DNA of 57,786 nucleotides, filler included, from Sphacelaria rigidula (GCA_964200075.2; 7 parts of 7 records of this genome joined end to end with filler, not necessarily neighbours in it); one strand, 5' to 3'; numbered from the whole stretch's first letter, positions 24,811-38,607 are shown. Made by a program: numbers and translations. The notes: generated from the letters alone by a model not told the origin.

Positions 24811-26259
24811 TGCGCAGAGTCGGCGATTTGTGTAGGCCACGTACTGTCCCTCAAGGGGGAGAGCACGGATGGGGTAGAGGTGGAGCAGGAGCGGTGGTCT
24901 TGGAGCCTACCGAGACCCAGCGTCCGGTGTTCGTTGTGCCGTTGATTGCTGTTCAGCACAGCATGGTGTTTTTGTTTTGGTTATCCAGTTCCAAGTGCTC
25001 CCGGTGTTTTGCAGCTGATTTGTTGATGCGGTAGTATTTGTTTTCCCGTGTTGATGGGTCATGAGCTATCCTTGATAGGTCCGTCGGCTCATGTTTCGAG
25101 TGCATTTTCGGAAATCCGATGCGGTTGGCGAGGGTCCCTGGCAAAATTGATTCTCTGCAGGTCATAGACGGGAGGCGCTCCATTGGCCTCGTGCAAGAGA
25201 ATTTTTTATGATCTGCTGCCATCGAGGGTGAGATGATGGAACAGAATCCAGGGTCCCACCACGTTTTGCGACTTTTTTCGGCACGAAAAGGCGGGGTGTC
25301 AGCAGCCAGATCACACGCGATGACTTGCGCTTTCAAAAACAACGACGGAAACTGCGGCGGAAGTTTTGAGCATAAAAACGTTATTTCGAGATATCCACGA
25401 GCCCCAACTCTACACGAATGGTGGCATCAACTGCATTTGCGAATGAAGCCGGGCACAACCTGGCTGAATCGTATCTTTTACTCGAAATGCGCGACTAACA
25501 TTACTTTGGCGACCTTTTGAACGATGCATTTTTCCACAAATGCACGCCTGTGGGCCAGCGCGCAACATTGTCCCACATTATTCTGCCATCCCATTCAGGC
25601 AACGGGTGGCAGGAATGTTCCAACATGCTACACATTTAAACTTTTCGTCTCATTATCGGAACCGGCGCAGCGAGACCTGTTATGAATACAACCTCACTGT
25701 CAATCGTACTTTCAACGCTCGATTTCACGGAAACATTGTTGGGTTAGCCGGCAGGATTTTGCACCAATGTGCGAGGTAAGCGTTTTGTCCATTAATGATG
25801 CAGGCACAACCGGCCGCTGAAAGCCATGAAAAGCCTACTCTCAATCGTATCATAGATTCTCAATCTCACGAAAACATTGTCGACTGTGCATGGGATTGAG
25901 AAGCTGTTCGAAATAGATCCTCTTTCCGTCCATTTATATTGGGCGAAAAAAGGATCTATTTCGAACAGATTCTTCTGCTGTTCGAAGTATATCCTATTTT
26001 TCCCCAAATAAATTGGGCGGGAAAAGGATCTGTTTTGAATAGCTTCTCCTGCTGTCCGAGATAAATTCATTTTTGCTCGATTTAAACCGGGCAAAAAAAA
26101 TTAATCTCGGACAGCAGCAGAAGCTAAATAAATTTACAGATTTTGTACCAAAATAATTTGGGACTTTCCAAATTGGGAAGGCCTCTCCACAGGGTTGCTT
26201 GCAGGGTTTCGACAAAAACGCTATGCAAAATGCTATTACAGGTACTAGGGTTTGCAAAT

Positions 26260-27640
26260 GCTACACAGGAGTTTTCACAAAGACTGTGGAGAACCCTGTG
26301 CAGCTCGTCCTATAGGGTGCTATTCGTCCACGTGTGCGGCGGCAAGTCTGCCAACCCGGCATCCACCTGTCCTTAAAGCAGACACCCCTGCGAATCATCG
26401 GAACGATCTCCCGCCCTGTCACTGGCGCAGGTAGATTCGCCATGAGCACGGCAAGCTCCAAGTTCACCCTGCTCGCTCACCATACGCGAATAACACCCCC
26501 TGCAGCTTCGAGCATGCAAGGAGTATCTCCAGCTACGCGCTGGTCCGGCGGCAACAAGCAACTGGGACCTTCGCCCACCAGTAATTGCTCATTAGCCCAT
26601 GTAGGCCCCGCCCTCTCAACACCGCCAACAGTAGCAGCAGTATCACCCATACTCGTTACAGCTGCCACTTTTTGCTCAGCGCACTCCTGAACTACAACAG
26701 CGGCAGCTGAGCAGCCTAGTCTGCTTGAGCGGCGTGACATATTCGCCGTCTCTAGCAGCAATACCAGCAGCATCCAAACCAATGCTTACCATGGTACTGT
26801 CGGCGGGCGCGTTCTCATGCCTCCCCGCTTGGAGAGACACGTGCTGTGTCTCCTTCCCGATCTGCACAGTGGGAACAGCTGCCCTGTATCGTGGTTTAAG
26901 ACGCGCCCTACCGACTGCACGTTCAGCGGGTGCACTATCGCGCGTATCCCCTCGGGCAGACACACGCTTCTCGGCATTTACAGTGCAAGCATCTGCCCTG
27001 TATCGTTGTTCAAACGCGCAGCACCTACTGCACGTTCGGCGGGTGCACTGTCGTGCCTGTCCCCTCGGGTAGACACATGCTTCTCGGCTGTCACAGTGCA
27101 AGCAGCTGCCCTGTACCGTTGTTTCAAACGCGCAGCGCCTACTGCACGTTCGGCGGGTGCATTGTCGTGCCTGTCCCCACGGGCAGACACATGCTTCTCG
27201 GCTTCCACAATGCAATGCGCCCCACCGGACGGCGCATGCTTGCGCAACGCGAAAAGCAATTGCTCGTCCTCAACATCATAATCATGTTTCAAGCACGTGT
27301 CACACAGATATTTCGCAATATGTTTCGGCATGAGCTCAGAAACTGCTGCCACCTCAAAGAGGTTTGTCCACCACGCGTTCACGTGATCTACATCTCGCAA
27401 ATATTGCTCGTATTTGAGTAAAACCTTGGCCGATTTCTCGCTCGAAAACTCGCGGCCGTAGTACGGCATCTCCAGCGCCAGTACAGGAACAATACGACCA
27501 TCGACGATGACATACTCCTGCACCTCATTCATTTCGGTCAGCAGTACAGCACTCCACACCGCCTTTTTGACAAACGAAATCGCTTCCCACTCACAGGAAT
27601 AACAACTCTCTCCTTATGTCGAGACGCGCTGTGCCACCTT
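26260..27640 (-). mobile_element. Probable gag-like remnant of an LTR retrotransposon
   Basis: ORF 27559-26978 (...KVLLKYEQYLRDVDHVNAW...VSELMPKHIAKYLC...EQLLFALRKHA) followed by interrupted Ala/Gly-rich frames; a PBS-like tggcacagcg near 27627-27636. The gag call is inference. Confidence 0.45.
26863..27210. repeat. Three tandem ~114-bp repeats
   Basis: gcacgttc(a/g)gcgggtgca recurs at 26917, 27030 and 27144 (periods 113 and 114). Confidence 0.9.
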
Positions 27641-27970
27641 ACAACAACAATGGCCACAGCGCCTCTTCCTCACGCAGGTCTCACCACGTGTTTGAAGTCC
27701 TTAGACTCCTCTTCCTGGCCGTACCTGGCCAAGCTTGGAACACGCAACCCTCGCTGGCTCCACTAGGCAGTACGGTAATTGCGCCGCTTTTTCTGGAACG
27801 CGCACGGGCTCGCCAGCTGTCGGTCAACCCCTCGCACCTCTCGCACGAGCGATACCACAACCCACCCTAGCACTACCTCAGAAGCTCCTCGGCTCTACTT
27901 CTTCAACTCCTCGCGACGTTAACACGCCTTGAGCTGGTCTTGTTTGCTGCAAACTGATCANNNNNNNNNN

Positions 27971-29440
27971 GATCAGGCCTGCAGACTTCCCTATCTCGAA
28001 GTGTCAGCTGCTTTTCAGCGGACCTACCGCTAGTCACCGGACTTAATGAACGTTCATTGTAGACTTCTGTCACTCAAGACCAGATTGCCATGTGGACTTC
28101 TCGCATCACGGGCATATGGACTTCAGCAGCTTTAGTTATTTATTTATTAACCCTCAGTATAGTACAGGAGAACAGGACCATAGCCTCTCTCCACCAGAGT
28201 AGCAAAACCGGCCCTACTCGTCATGGAGGTCACCATCACAGAGTCCGGCAATCAGACCCGCAACTCCACCTACAATGTCCCTGACCTTAGGTAACAATGG
28301 TGGCTAAGTCTACAGCTGGCAACACGTCAAGTCACACCGTATCCTCCGTCACTTTTTGACCCCGCCACACCACGTGGCAAACGAAAAAACAAATCGGACC
28401 GTAAAAGAAAATCGCCGTCACCGGAATCCCCCGCCTCCCCTAGGTTATGCGGCTACCGTAGGTGCACCCGCACCCACACTCATCACCATGATGAGTGCCT
28501 AGACCGCCTCGCCATTGAGGATCCGCGTGCGTACAAAATTCTCCTTGATCAGATACGCGCTCGAAAAAAGGCCGCCACTCAAGCGACCTCCCCACAATAG
28601 AAAAGTAAGACAGGCAAGGCGAGAGCGACTAAGTCTACTGGGAAGCCGAAGTCGAGGGCGGCCAAACCAGCGGCGGTGCCGGCACCAGCGCCCACGGCCG
28701 CGACTGCCCCATCTTCTGACGTAGAGCAGGATAGCGACTGAAGGTGCCCAGCCAGGAGGCCACCATCACTGGTAGGGAGTACCACCCCAGTAGCAAATTA
28801 GTAGCTATTAGGGACGTCCGGCGGCGTAAAGCTCGGCTTTTGTCCGTATCCCGTCAGTGTGTGTATTTGTCAGACTCGTGTCATGGTGTAGTTGTCCCGA
28901 CAGTTTGTTCCCGTACTTCAATCAGTCTTGCCGAAAAGCCACGTCACCCTGTCACACCTGACTCGTCTCATGTATCATCTGTCGCTACAGTAACACCAGA
29001 TGTTCCGTCTCGTCCACCTCGGAAAAAGTCAAAATCTGGTACTGTAGCCCCGCCTGTCAAGCCTGTGCATGACAACGTCAACCGGCCGCCGGCCGCGCCC
29101 GATCCAGTCAGTAAAGATTATACGCACACACTTTGGTACACTTCCTCGCTGAGTTCACAGCGTGGTCCGTTGTCACTTGCTTTTTCCTCGAGACGCGTTC
29201 GCATCTCGTGTCCGGTGGTCCAGTTGAGGTTAAAGATATAACTGTCGATACTGCAACTGACTGTTCAGCTTGTTCTGCTGCATGGTTGAACTCACACCTC
29301 ATGTTGCAGAAATTGCCAATGTCCCCCGTACCCCCAGCAGCCGTCTCGCTCCGTGCAGCAAACGGTTCACCGATGAATGTCCTTGGGTTTGTGGCGTTTT
29401 CATTAACCCTTGGTCAAGTCACACGTCGCGTTGAAGTGTT
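27971..29440 (+). mobile_element. Ty3/Gypsy gag-protease remnant
   Basis: ~29200-29440 encodes retropepsin-like VKDITVDTATDCSACSAAWL...SLRAANGSPMNVLGFVAFSLTLGQVTRRVE; upstream frames are disrupted. Confidence 0.7.
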
Positions 29441-30554
29441 ACAGATTTCTTGGTCATTTTCCAGCCGACTAAGTTCCATGTGTCATACTTCGTCATGCTT
29501 GGTACCTGAACGATCATACTACATTTTGTGGTAGATTTGATCTGTCTCCCCTCGGGTGTCACATCGTTTTGGACTATGCATCTCAACTAGCAAAGCACAA
29601 GTTAGCCTGTACGCCAATAATACAAGAGCATCTACGCCATCACGGTCTGCGATCTCAGAGGATTCTCTGGTCTTCACAAAATGTAAGCCTGACCTCCATG
29701 CAACATATGTTGCTCTGGCGTCTGAGCGGCTCATCGAGTATGCAGCGCGACGCTGCGAACATGACTGACTCTACACTCGGTAAAGTCGAGCTCAATGGCT
29801 TCGATACTCATGATTGTGTTTGAGCCCCCTAGCCCAGGTGCCCACTAAACTGGCACCATTCCCAGCTAGGCGGTGAGTATCGAACCATGACATGGTGTCC
29901 AACCGTGCTTGTGTAGAGTCAACTCCGGCATGATCCTTAGAGGTAGCATGCGCCTCCGTGAATTTATTTTTTGTGGGGAGATTTGAGGTTCCATTTTGTC
30001 GCGTCACTCCATTTATATATTGTAAATAGTGTGCTTTGCACAAATGTAAGAAAATCCACACTGCAGCATAGCCCTTCTTCCCACGAGTACGGAACAATAC
30101 AACCGCGCTGTTTCACAGTTGCGTGCCCTCATTGGTTTCAATAGCAAAAACAACTGCACCATGGTATGCTTGCACTCTCTTTTCGGATTGCCTCAATCAT
30201 GGTGGAGTACGCGGAACAGTGAAGAGTAAGCATGGACTAGGAGGTAGGCTTTGTCGTCCTGTCTGTGCGTGGTATTGCGTTGTTCCCCGCCGCATTGCAC
30301 TGCGTTACTTACAACCCAAGCAGAGCGCCACCAACGGCTTTATGCACGAGTTCATCCGAGATGGTTCATCAGCACGCCACTGCAGACGTCCAAAGCAAGA
30401 GTGAAATAACCTAGGCAAAACAATTGATAAAAGGCTATACGGTTGAACGAGATTGCGCGAGTTCAACGAACCAGAGGGTCTACAAATACTTCGGGGCGTT
30501 TTGGGACATCAAGTTCCAGACAGCTGCGGAAGCTGTGCAGCCGCGTTGTTCTTA

Positions 30555-30713
30555 TCCGTTGTTGTGACTGTTCGTTGTTTGTTTGTGGCGGTTTTCGTTG
30601 TTGTCCTTTGTCTCTGTTATTGTGCTGCTGTTGCTGCTGTTTGTTGTTCGTTGTTTGTTGTCTGTTGTCGTTGTTGCCTATTAGTACTGTTGCTGCTGTT
30701 GTTGTTGTGGTCG

Positions 30714-30752
<39 letters not shown>

Positions 30753-30810
30753 TCCACCGTGCTTTCTGCTACCCTGGTTTGCTGTTGTTGTCCCGCTTGT
30801 TGTGTTGTGT
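30555..30810. repeat. (GTT/GCT)n imperfect microsatellite
   Basis: Directly visible trinucleotide runs. Confidence 0.85.
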
Positions 30811-31899
30811 TTGCCTCTACCGCCTACTGTCGGCTGTACTTTTTTCGCTTGCTATCGCATCGCATGCTGTCACGCGCACGCGTATTTTCCGCTCTCACGT
30901 TCTTTTTGAACCTTGCTTCGATCTGATCGCACAGTTTTTGTTTTGTCATTGTCGCCTGCATTGTATCACCTTCGCCTGACCTACACCTGTTCAGCCATCA
31001 TATCATCGCTGTACCTAACCAGCAATGATTGTGTTCTAGGCATTCTCGATATTATTTCGGTAGTCTTGTTGCATATTGAATTGGGACAATCAACCCACCA
31101 TGATCAGTATGTATTTTGCATTTTTATTGTGGCCATGGGGATTCGTGAAATGCACGTGCGGTAAAGCTTCCAATTTTTTCGGTCTTGATTGATTTTCTTC
31201 TATCATATATTCCAATACTTTCTGCATCTCCGGGTGTCATGTCTACCATAACTTTCTTTTGATCCACCCGATTGTATTGCGTGTTTTATAATTTTGCGCC
31301 GCTGTCGTCTTGCTCTGTAGAGCTAGCTGCACCATTTTTCATTTCATGTTTTGGTAATTTTGTATTTGGCGATCGTGATGTTTTCTTCTTTTGACCGTGC
31401 GGGTGTAGGCTATCTGAAGGGCCTTGCCGGTTGCGCTGCCTGTACTCATCATGCTTGAGCAGGATTCCGCTTGTAATCGTTTCATTCATGTGGTTCGCAA
31501 GGCCGAAACGCCGAATTTACCACCCGGCGCACGACATTTCGATCTGCGTCACGTGGTATAAAACCGAGCCATATTTTCACGGACTCCAAGACTTTCAACG
31601 CATACTAACCGTGCCCTCTATTACTTCCTCCCTTGTTTCCCCTACACTCTTGCCTTGGGTGTGTCACATCCGGATGAGGGGACCGGCGCTGAACTTGATT
31701 GCTTTGGGGAGGACACGCAGGAAACACTGAACGGTTTGCTCATGACGGTACGTTCCGGCGTGGAGTGTCAGCAATCTGGCTTGGTATAGCTAATCCCGTG
31801 TACCTTTTTATAGGATTCTGGTGGCGGGGTTATTGCCTTGGTGTCACTTGACATGATCTCTATTTTTATCCCACTCTGGTGATCGATTGTATGGTTTGC

Positions 31900-32620
31900 T
31901 ATTCAACAGGTGGACTTCTTGACGCACCCTGTACCGTAGTTGACTACTACCTTGTCCCTTTCTGATACCATAGTTGGATACTACTTTGTTCAGTTGCTTT
32001 AAACTTGGATTTCGATACTATGTAACCACAACTATTTCCGTGCAATGTCTTGTCATTACTTGTGCAGTACGCAGACTTAGTCTCCCTGCTTAATTTTTTT
32101 GCCCTTCATGCCCAGCGTACCATGCAAGTTGACCGCGCGACTACATACCGTGTCTTGACAGTTCTTACAGACCCTACATATGGTTTGCAGACACTCATTC
32201 CGCTGATATGGTCGCTGAACCCCCTTGGGGGGGGGCGAAGTACGAGTTCCTACTGTCTTGATGGTTGCTGTACAGCGTGTACACCATAAGAAAAATGCAC
32301 AAGCTTCTTGACCGAGGTGTTGCCCACCCAACTTTCCCCGGCAACGTTACGTTGTCGACTACACGATTATATGTCTGGTAAAACTCGCCAAATGCAGCTT
32401 TACTCTAGGATGTCACAAGTGCTTTAGCCTGTTGATCAATAATACCGGCATACAACCAGCCCCCTCTAAACGCAACGCAATTGCTCAGAGGTGACGTCCA
32501 TACAGTCGAAAAACTATGTTCGTTTCTAAACCCACCGGGTACCTTGGACACTTTGTCCAGGAGCGTAGCATTCTAGTCGTTCCTCTGACCGATATTCTAA
32601 GTAAAACAGCCGATCCTAAT
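31900..32620 (+). mobile_element. Ty3/Gypsy RT / RT-RNaseH connection remnant
   Basis: Frameshifted VKLAKCSF...TGIQPAPSKRNAIAQ...TVEKLCSFL..TGYLGHFVQERSILVVPLTDILSK at ~32375-32605; 5' limit uncertain. Confidence 0.7.
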
Positions 32621-32979
32621 TTTTGGGGTTGAACTATAAAATGAGAACCAACTCGCAAATCGCTCCCGTTGGGAAAATACCAAACAGTAACACGAAAGGA
32701 AGGTGTTTTCCCCCAACACTCCGCAGGAGGAGTTGGGCAGTTCGGGCTAGGTACGCCCAACGAATGCGGTGTACACGCGTGTCGATGGCGATTTCACCAG
32801 AGAGAGAAGCAACGACAGGGGGAAGGAAGCTCTTCGCCCGTCTTCTTTGTGTGTCCTCGCTCGGCGATTACCAACCGCTCGAGAGACTGGCATCATTGAC
32901 CTTACCAGCATGCGCCAAATTTTCCATGTCCCGAAACACCAAGCCGCGGAGAGTTTCCGTCGTCTCTTCGTCTTGCCTG

Positions 32980-33079
32980 NNNNNNNNNNNNNNNNNNNNN
33001 NNNNNNNNNNNNNNNNNNNNNNNTTAATTAATTAANNNNNNNNNNNNNNNNNNNNNNNNNNNNNNNNNNNNNNNNNNNN
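32980..33079. other. Artificial contig linker
   Basis: N44-TTAATTAATTAA-N44. Confidence 0.98.
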
Positions 33080-33153
33080 GTCTAGAATCGTTAGGAGCCC
33101 CTGAACCAGACGAAATTTCGCGAAAAACGTGCACCCCTACCGTGGCATTGCTC
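33080..33153. mobile_element. MITE family C right end, cut by the contig edge
   Basis: Near-identical to 43124-43196, ending tgcacccctaccgtggcattgctc. Confidence 0.85.
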
Positions 33154-33529
33154 ATATATATTGTCTTAGGAAATCGTATTTTAAGTTCAGAACAATTTGA
33201 AGGCCGCTGATTGGTCGAGGAACTTTTTCGCCCTTCACGCCATCGCTATGGCCTTCAACAACCCGCCTAAGTCACCTTTTTCAGGTACCCACTGCGGTCA
33301 GTATGGTACCGCGTTTGTAACCGGGTACATATTGCGGTTGCTGATGACAAACGTTTGTTTGGCGAACGTGAACCAGCTCGTGTCTCGAGTTTCGAATGTA
33401 TTCCGTAACACGGAAAGTCTCCGAAACTGTAGACCTCGTGAGATACACGGTGACAAAGGTTTTGCTGACAAACACAAGAGGGTTTCCTCGGAACAGGTTT
33501 TTGGAATACGATCATTCGGTATGGTACTT

Positions 33530-33730
33530 GATATTCGTGGTTTTTGTTTTTGTTTTTGTTTTTGTTTTCATTCTTCATATTTCTCCGTATGTTCAACCTT
33601 TTTGCTTCTCCCCCGCTTTCTCTCGTTGACAAGTAATTTTCGTTTTGTTGGCCTTTTTCAGTATGGATATCTTGTGACCACGGCTGTGTCCCTCGGGAAT
33701 CATTTAGAGTGCGATAATCGAACAATAAAC
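33530..33730 (+). mobile_element. LINE 3'UTR remnant
   Basis: T-rich tract ending gtgaccacggctgtgtccctcgggaatcatttagagtgcgataatcgaacaat. Confidence 0.5.
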
Positions 33731-36700
33731 GACTGTACACAGTGGTTGTCACCTGTACAGTGCGGTAGGTTTGGTGTGGTATTTGGTTCCGTGGATCGTA
33801 CGATACCTCGGTGTCTGTTCCCGAAAGCATGGTACGGACAGCACTTCCGCAGAAAACTACAGATATCGCGGGAACTGCGGACATCGGCAAACACGGTACC
33901 CCCTGCCAAAGAAAATCGCGACATTTGGCCTGCTATACTACCGTACATGCGTGTTCATGTAAGCGTTGATATTTTCAATCGACGAATGTATTGCGATTCC
34001 GATAGTCACCGTGCATACCCATGAAGGAACTCTGAAGAGATATGACGAAAATCAAGCGCGGTTTGCAAGTCAATCTAGCGTTCACTTCGCTGTACAAAAA
34101 AAAGGATAATGTGAAGATCACGGGTTGAAAATTGCAACCATTAAACCAGAGTCGAAGGCAGCAGAAAGGGTAGGTAAACCCACCGGCGATCGCAGCAAAA
34201 TAAGGAAGCAACGAAAGTACGTGGGAAGTGCGACACAACCGAAATAAGAAATGCGGCAACTGGAACAAGACAGATATTGCAGATATTGGGGAAAAATTGT
34301 ACACAAACACAGAGATGCACGAGTGACGATCGAATACGAAATACCCCATGAACTAAGGGGGATCGTAGCGGCGTTTTCGAGGAACCATACCCCCAAACCT
34401 TCAAAACTCGAGACACCAGGGATGGTAGGGGGGTGGGATGATGATGCTATTTATTATCCACAACAACGCAGCTGCATCAACTTTGTATCCAGAAAAGAGA
34501 TAGTGAAGCAATATGCCCAGGCGTTTGTCGGGCACTGCCCGACGTGACGAAAATGCGTGTTTGGCTTTGAAGAAATTGTATGAACTCCATATTTAGCGCA
34601 AAAACAATGATACCTGGGCGCTGCCTGTAAGGTAAGATATCCGTATTCAGATTGAACGGAGACTCGGAGTGCCCTCTGGCGCCTACTCGAAAAATCTAGG
34701 TGGTTCTCTCGGGCCCTTTACTTCTCAATCCAAAAGAATGTCACGTCTATTTTCGATTGCCAGGTCACCTTTTCCCCCATGGCTTCTGGCGTACACAATC
34801 GAATACTGCACTCAAAACATGAATCGAAGGCCAGGAGTTGGAGCCTCGACTATAATCGACCAGCCCTCTTGATCTGGTGTAACCCTTGCTGTCGTTTCGC
34901 TGTCTTTTTCATAGTGACGACGATGTCCAGCACGATACAACTCACAACGAATTCGAATATTCCATTCCGTGAAAACAAATGGCTTGTGCCCCGAAAAAAC
35001 ATGCACTGATTCTCTGGCGGCGGTAGACTACAATCGAATTGCTCGTTGGCACCACAGCACTCAGGTAATCAGACACTCCCCCCGCACCGCCAACCCTACG
35101 AGCACCCTCCCCTTGTCAAATTCGGACACTTCGGGTAGTGCTATTTCCTCACAAAAGAAGAAAGATGGCGCCTTCTATCGCCTACTACGGCGAATACCAA
35201 TATCATCAGTACAATCTGTCGATACCTCATCAGTATTACAAGCTATTGAACAAAGGTAAGTAAGTGCAAGTGGCCGAAAGGGAAATCGGCATGGCTTGAA
35301 GACAATTCAGCACCATGAGGAATGGACAAAAGACAAGGTATCGCCGAAGAGATCAAATATTCCAAGCGCAAAGGGGTGCAAACTTCGCGTTTTCCCACAG
35401 GTCTTGAAAGCTGTTAGATAATAGACACCGGGGAAACAACCATGCAGACATGTAGAATTCATAATCGTGAAAACGAGCATCCTGTTTTGCAGTGCTCTTT
35501 AAGCTTTATTCTCCACGACAGCAGCACTCGGTAGTCAAACGCGAGATGTTCATCGTAGAATGGCAGCAATGCTCGGGTTCCCAACGTTACCAGCCACGGC
35601 TTCACCTCCAGCGTGTGTGTCTCATACCGTGCCTCCAGTCACATCTATTGCTTGTGATTCAGATTGCAGCAGAATGACAACCCTATCCGCGAAAAAAAAC
35701 GGCGTGGTATTTGTTCGAGAGAAAGCAAGTCCTACTACTCTCTGCACAAAGCCGGTCGCCCCGGTGCCTCAGTTGGTAACCTCGAAACCTTCCGACGGTT
35801 GGGACGTGGGTTCGGTTCTTAGTGAAATGACACGGTCTGAGATTGTTTCTCACATTATGCTCAACTGTGGAGAGCGACTTTGCCGTAAGTACAGAAATTT
35901 CAACTTCACGGTCGACGGGGGAGAGGGATCCCTGAACGCTTTCCGCCGAAGAAAGAAAGGTGAGCACCGCAGAATGAAGGTGGGGTACTGAAATGAAACA
36001 AGAAATGATAAACTCCTGTGTGTTGACCTTCCTCCTGTGTGACCCCACCTGATCCACCCAACTATACCGAAAGGTGTAGACTGGCGTGCACAATAGATGG
36101 AATGACAACACACAACGCACACGCTCTCGTGACCACTGTGTAGTTTATCGCTGACGCCGCTCCTCCCGCCGCGGGTGCTCAGTAGGCCATCGGCTGCGAG
36201 AGTGGCGGCGATGCTGCGGAAACGAAAGTTTCAGGGACGGATAGTTCCCGGCACAGAAAATTGACGACCACAATCAACCATTTTCAGCATGCGCACATAG
36301 ATCTGCCACGCGCCTTCCCCATCCAGCCGTCCCGCCATATATGTTGTTTTCTTCTGCCTTATGAAACGGGCAAATATTTCGGAGGAGCGGAGCGAAACAC
36401 GTGATAGAGCAGTTTGGGTATGTGTCGTTCGTCCCCAGTGGTATGCACAAATATACGTTAGTGTCGGCGACCTTCTCCTCCCTGGCCTTGGCTAGAACGG
36501 CATCACCCTGCTTCACCCTACCTCCTAGCGTGTCAGCGGGCACCACTTTTTCCTTCGCGGACTTCCCCACCAGCTGCACCGACTCAGCGGCCACCTCCTT
36601 CACGTTGATCTCTTCACAAACACTGCGGGCAATTTCAATAGTCAACACCCACATCTCAATCTTCAGGCACGAAACTGACCTACATACAGGAGCAGAGTGT

Positions 36701-37122
36701 ACTCGGCTCGATTCCAAGGCATGAAGTGGATATCAAAATTGCAGCAAGACCAAGACGATTAACGCCTGATGGGCTCGTCCGTTCATCCTGAGGGCAAGGT
36801 CTATCCCGCTCAAAGGCCGTACGCTTCGCCCGGGATAGTCGATACCACAGTTCGAGTCATCATCGTCGGCTGTGTCAGACTCTTGTATCAGGATTACTCA
36901 CTTAAATTGCGGTCAAGTGTATACTTTCGGGCAGTCGGTCTCAGCTGCAACGGTTTCAACTCGCCTGCAGTAAAATCTGCACCCTGGATGTTTTGAACTT
37001 GTTAGTGTTGAGTGTTCCGTGATATTTTCGTCACCACTTATGTCCAGACGGAAACCAATCGCACCCGCCTAGCTCGAATATGTGCTCGTGTTGTTTGCTT
37101 AAGCGCTGCAAGATGCCTTGGG

Positions 37123-37339
37123 ATGTCTCGTACCATGGCATTTGAACAGGTGGAAGAACCTGTTGAAGAGGTCCGTGCCGCCTCATACTCGCAGCTGCTC
37201 GTCACCTCAGAAGGGGACCGGGAGAGCTCGACGTTCATCCCAAAGGCGCTCAAGGCAGGGGGTGACTCTGCCCCAAGACGATGGGGAAAGGCGGATCTTT
37301 CGGAGAGAGATGGTTGTGGGATCGGGAACGGCGCGTTCG
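37123..37339 (+). CDS. Protein kinase, exon containing the Gly-rich loop
   Basis: MSRTMAFEQVEE...DLSERDGCGIGNGAF, donor G|GTGAGT (phase 1). The 5' end may instead be an acceptor at 37103 or 37112. Confidence 0.8.
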
Positions 37340-38607
37340 GTGAGTGCGGTCACACACGCTCATTCATGTTGGGAGGTAGCTCATGGCAACCGCATTCCGG
37401 CGTGGCGGTGGCCAGTTACCATGCGTTGCCGAGGCTGCGTGTGAAGCACGTACTACTGCTACGTGCTTCTACGGCCTTCTTCTACGGAATATCACGTTTG
37501 GTTTATGCGCGGAAACAGATATTGGCAATCACCACCGCCTTAGCGCTAGAGGTACCAATGAACATGTGCCAATACTTGCTACTCCTCAAACGATACAGTC
37601 ATAGCGCTGAATGATGAGCAACAACGCAACGTATGGCGGTCTCTGCCAGGACTGGGCAAGTGATCTAAACTGTTTTTTCTCGAGTGAGGGCGATTTCTTC
37701 CCACAGTCTGCTTTCGTGGTACGGCGGGGGGCTTTGCAGGGCAACACGAGCCGTTGAGCATGTCCTGTGTCAACTGAAACTGGTGCGATCACCCTCGATA
37801 ACTACACCGTCGCATGCGTGTGTACGTCGCCGTACCTCGGTAGCCGAACCGATACATCTTCAGCGTGTTAGGGCCGAACATTGAGGCTTCGAATCCCGAC
37901 AGATGCAGCTTTTCCTTTTAAAATGTCTGATCTCCTTCATTCAGGGAATCCGGACGTGAGTACAAAGAAACATTCATGAAAGTCGACGTGGTGAGGGTGT
38001 GTCGATCCAATCTGCTATACTAAAATCGCGTGTGTCGTCAACTCGCTGCTGTTCGGAACATGTGACGGGAACGACGTCGACCATAAAATTAGGTGTTAGT
38101 ATAGCATATGGGAGGACGTGAGAAAACTCGAGATGGGTTCGTCTACTGTCGTTTCTGGTAGTTGGGGCCTGAACATGTCAGTATGGACGCGCATAAAACA
38201 ATCGGGATCCGTCAAGGGGAAGTCCAACACATCTTCTGTATATCGAGGATTTAAATCCCGACTTTCGAAGCACAATAACTAATCGGGAGCAAATGTTGTG
38301 TTCTCCGTATTTTGATAGCTTCGTGTGATGGATGGGTAACTTTTGCTGTGGATTCATTCTCAGATTGCCGACCGTTCCTATAAACAATACCAGCATTGAA
38401 CAGGAAGAGGGTCGAAGGATTTTTATCCGACTTGCCGAGCTCGGCCGGCTTGCCCGGCACAGAGGCAACGATCGCGTTCAGAAAAAAAAATTGCATAACT
38501 TCAGGGGTGGCATACCTCAGTGTGTAACCAATCGCAAAACATCAATAACCCCGGTGTTTCGCTACCTACTCCACCGCGCCTCGTCCTCATTCATTTGCAC
38601 TGATCAG

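Noticed and set aside
33197..34024. Longest ORF in the track (275 aa)
   Set aside because: Runs through a (TTTTTG)n tract and a LINE 3' tail; no domain recognised.
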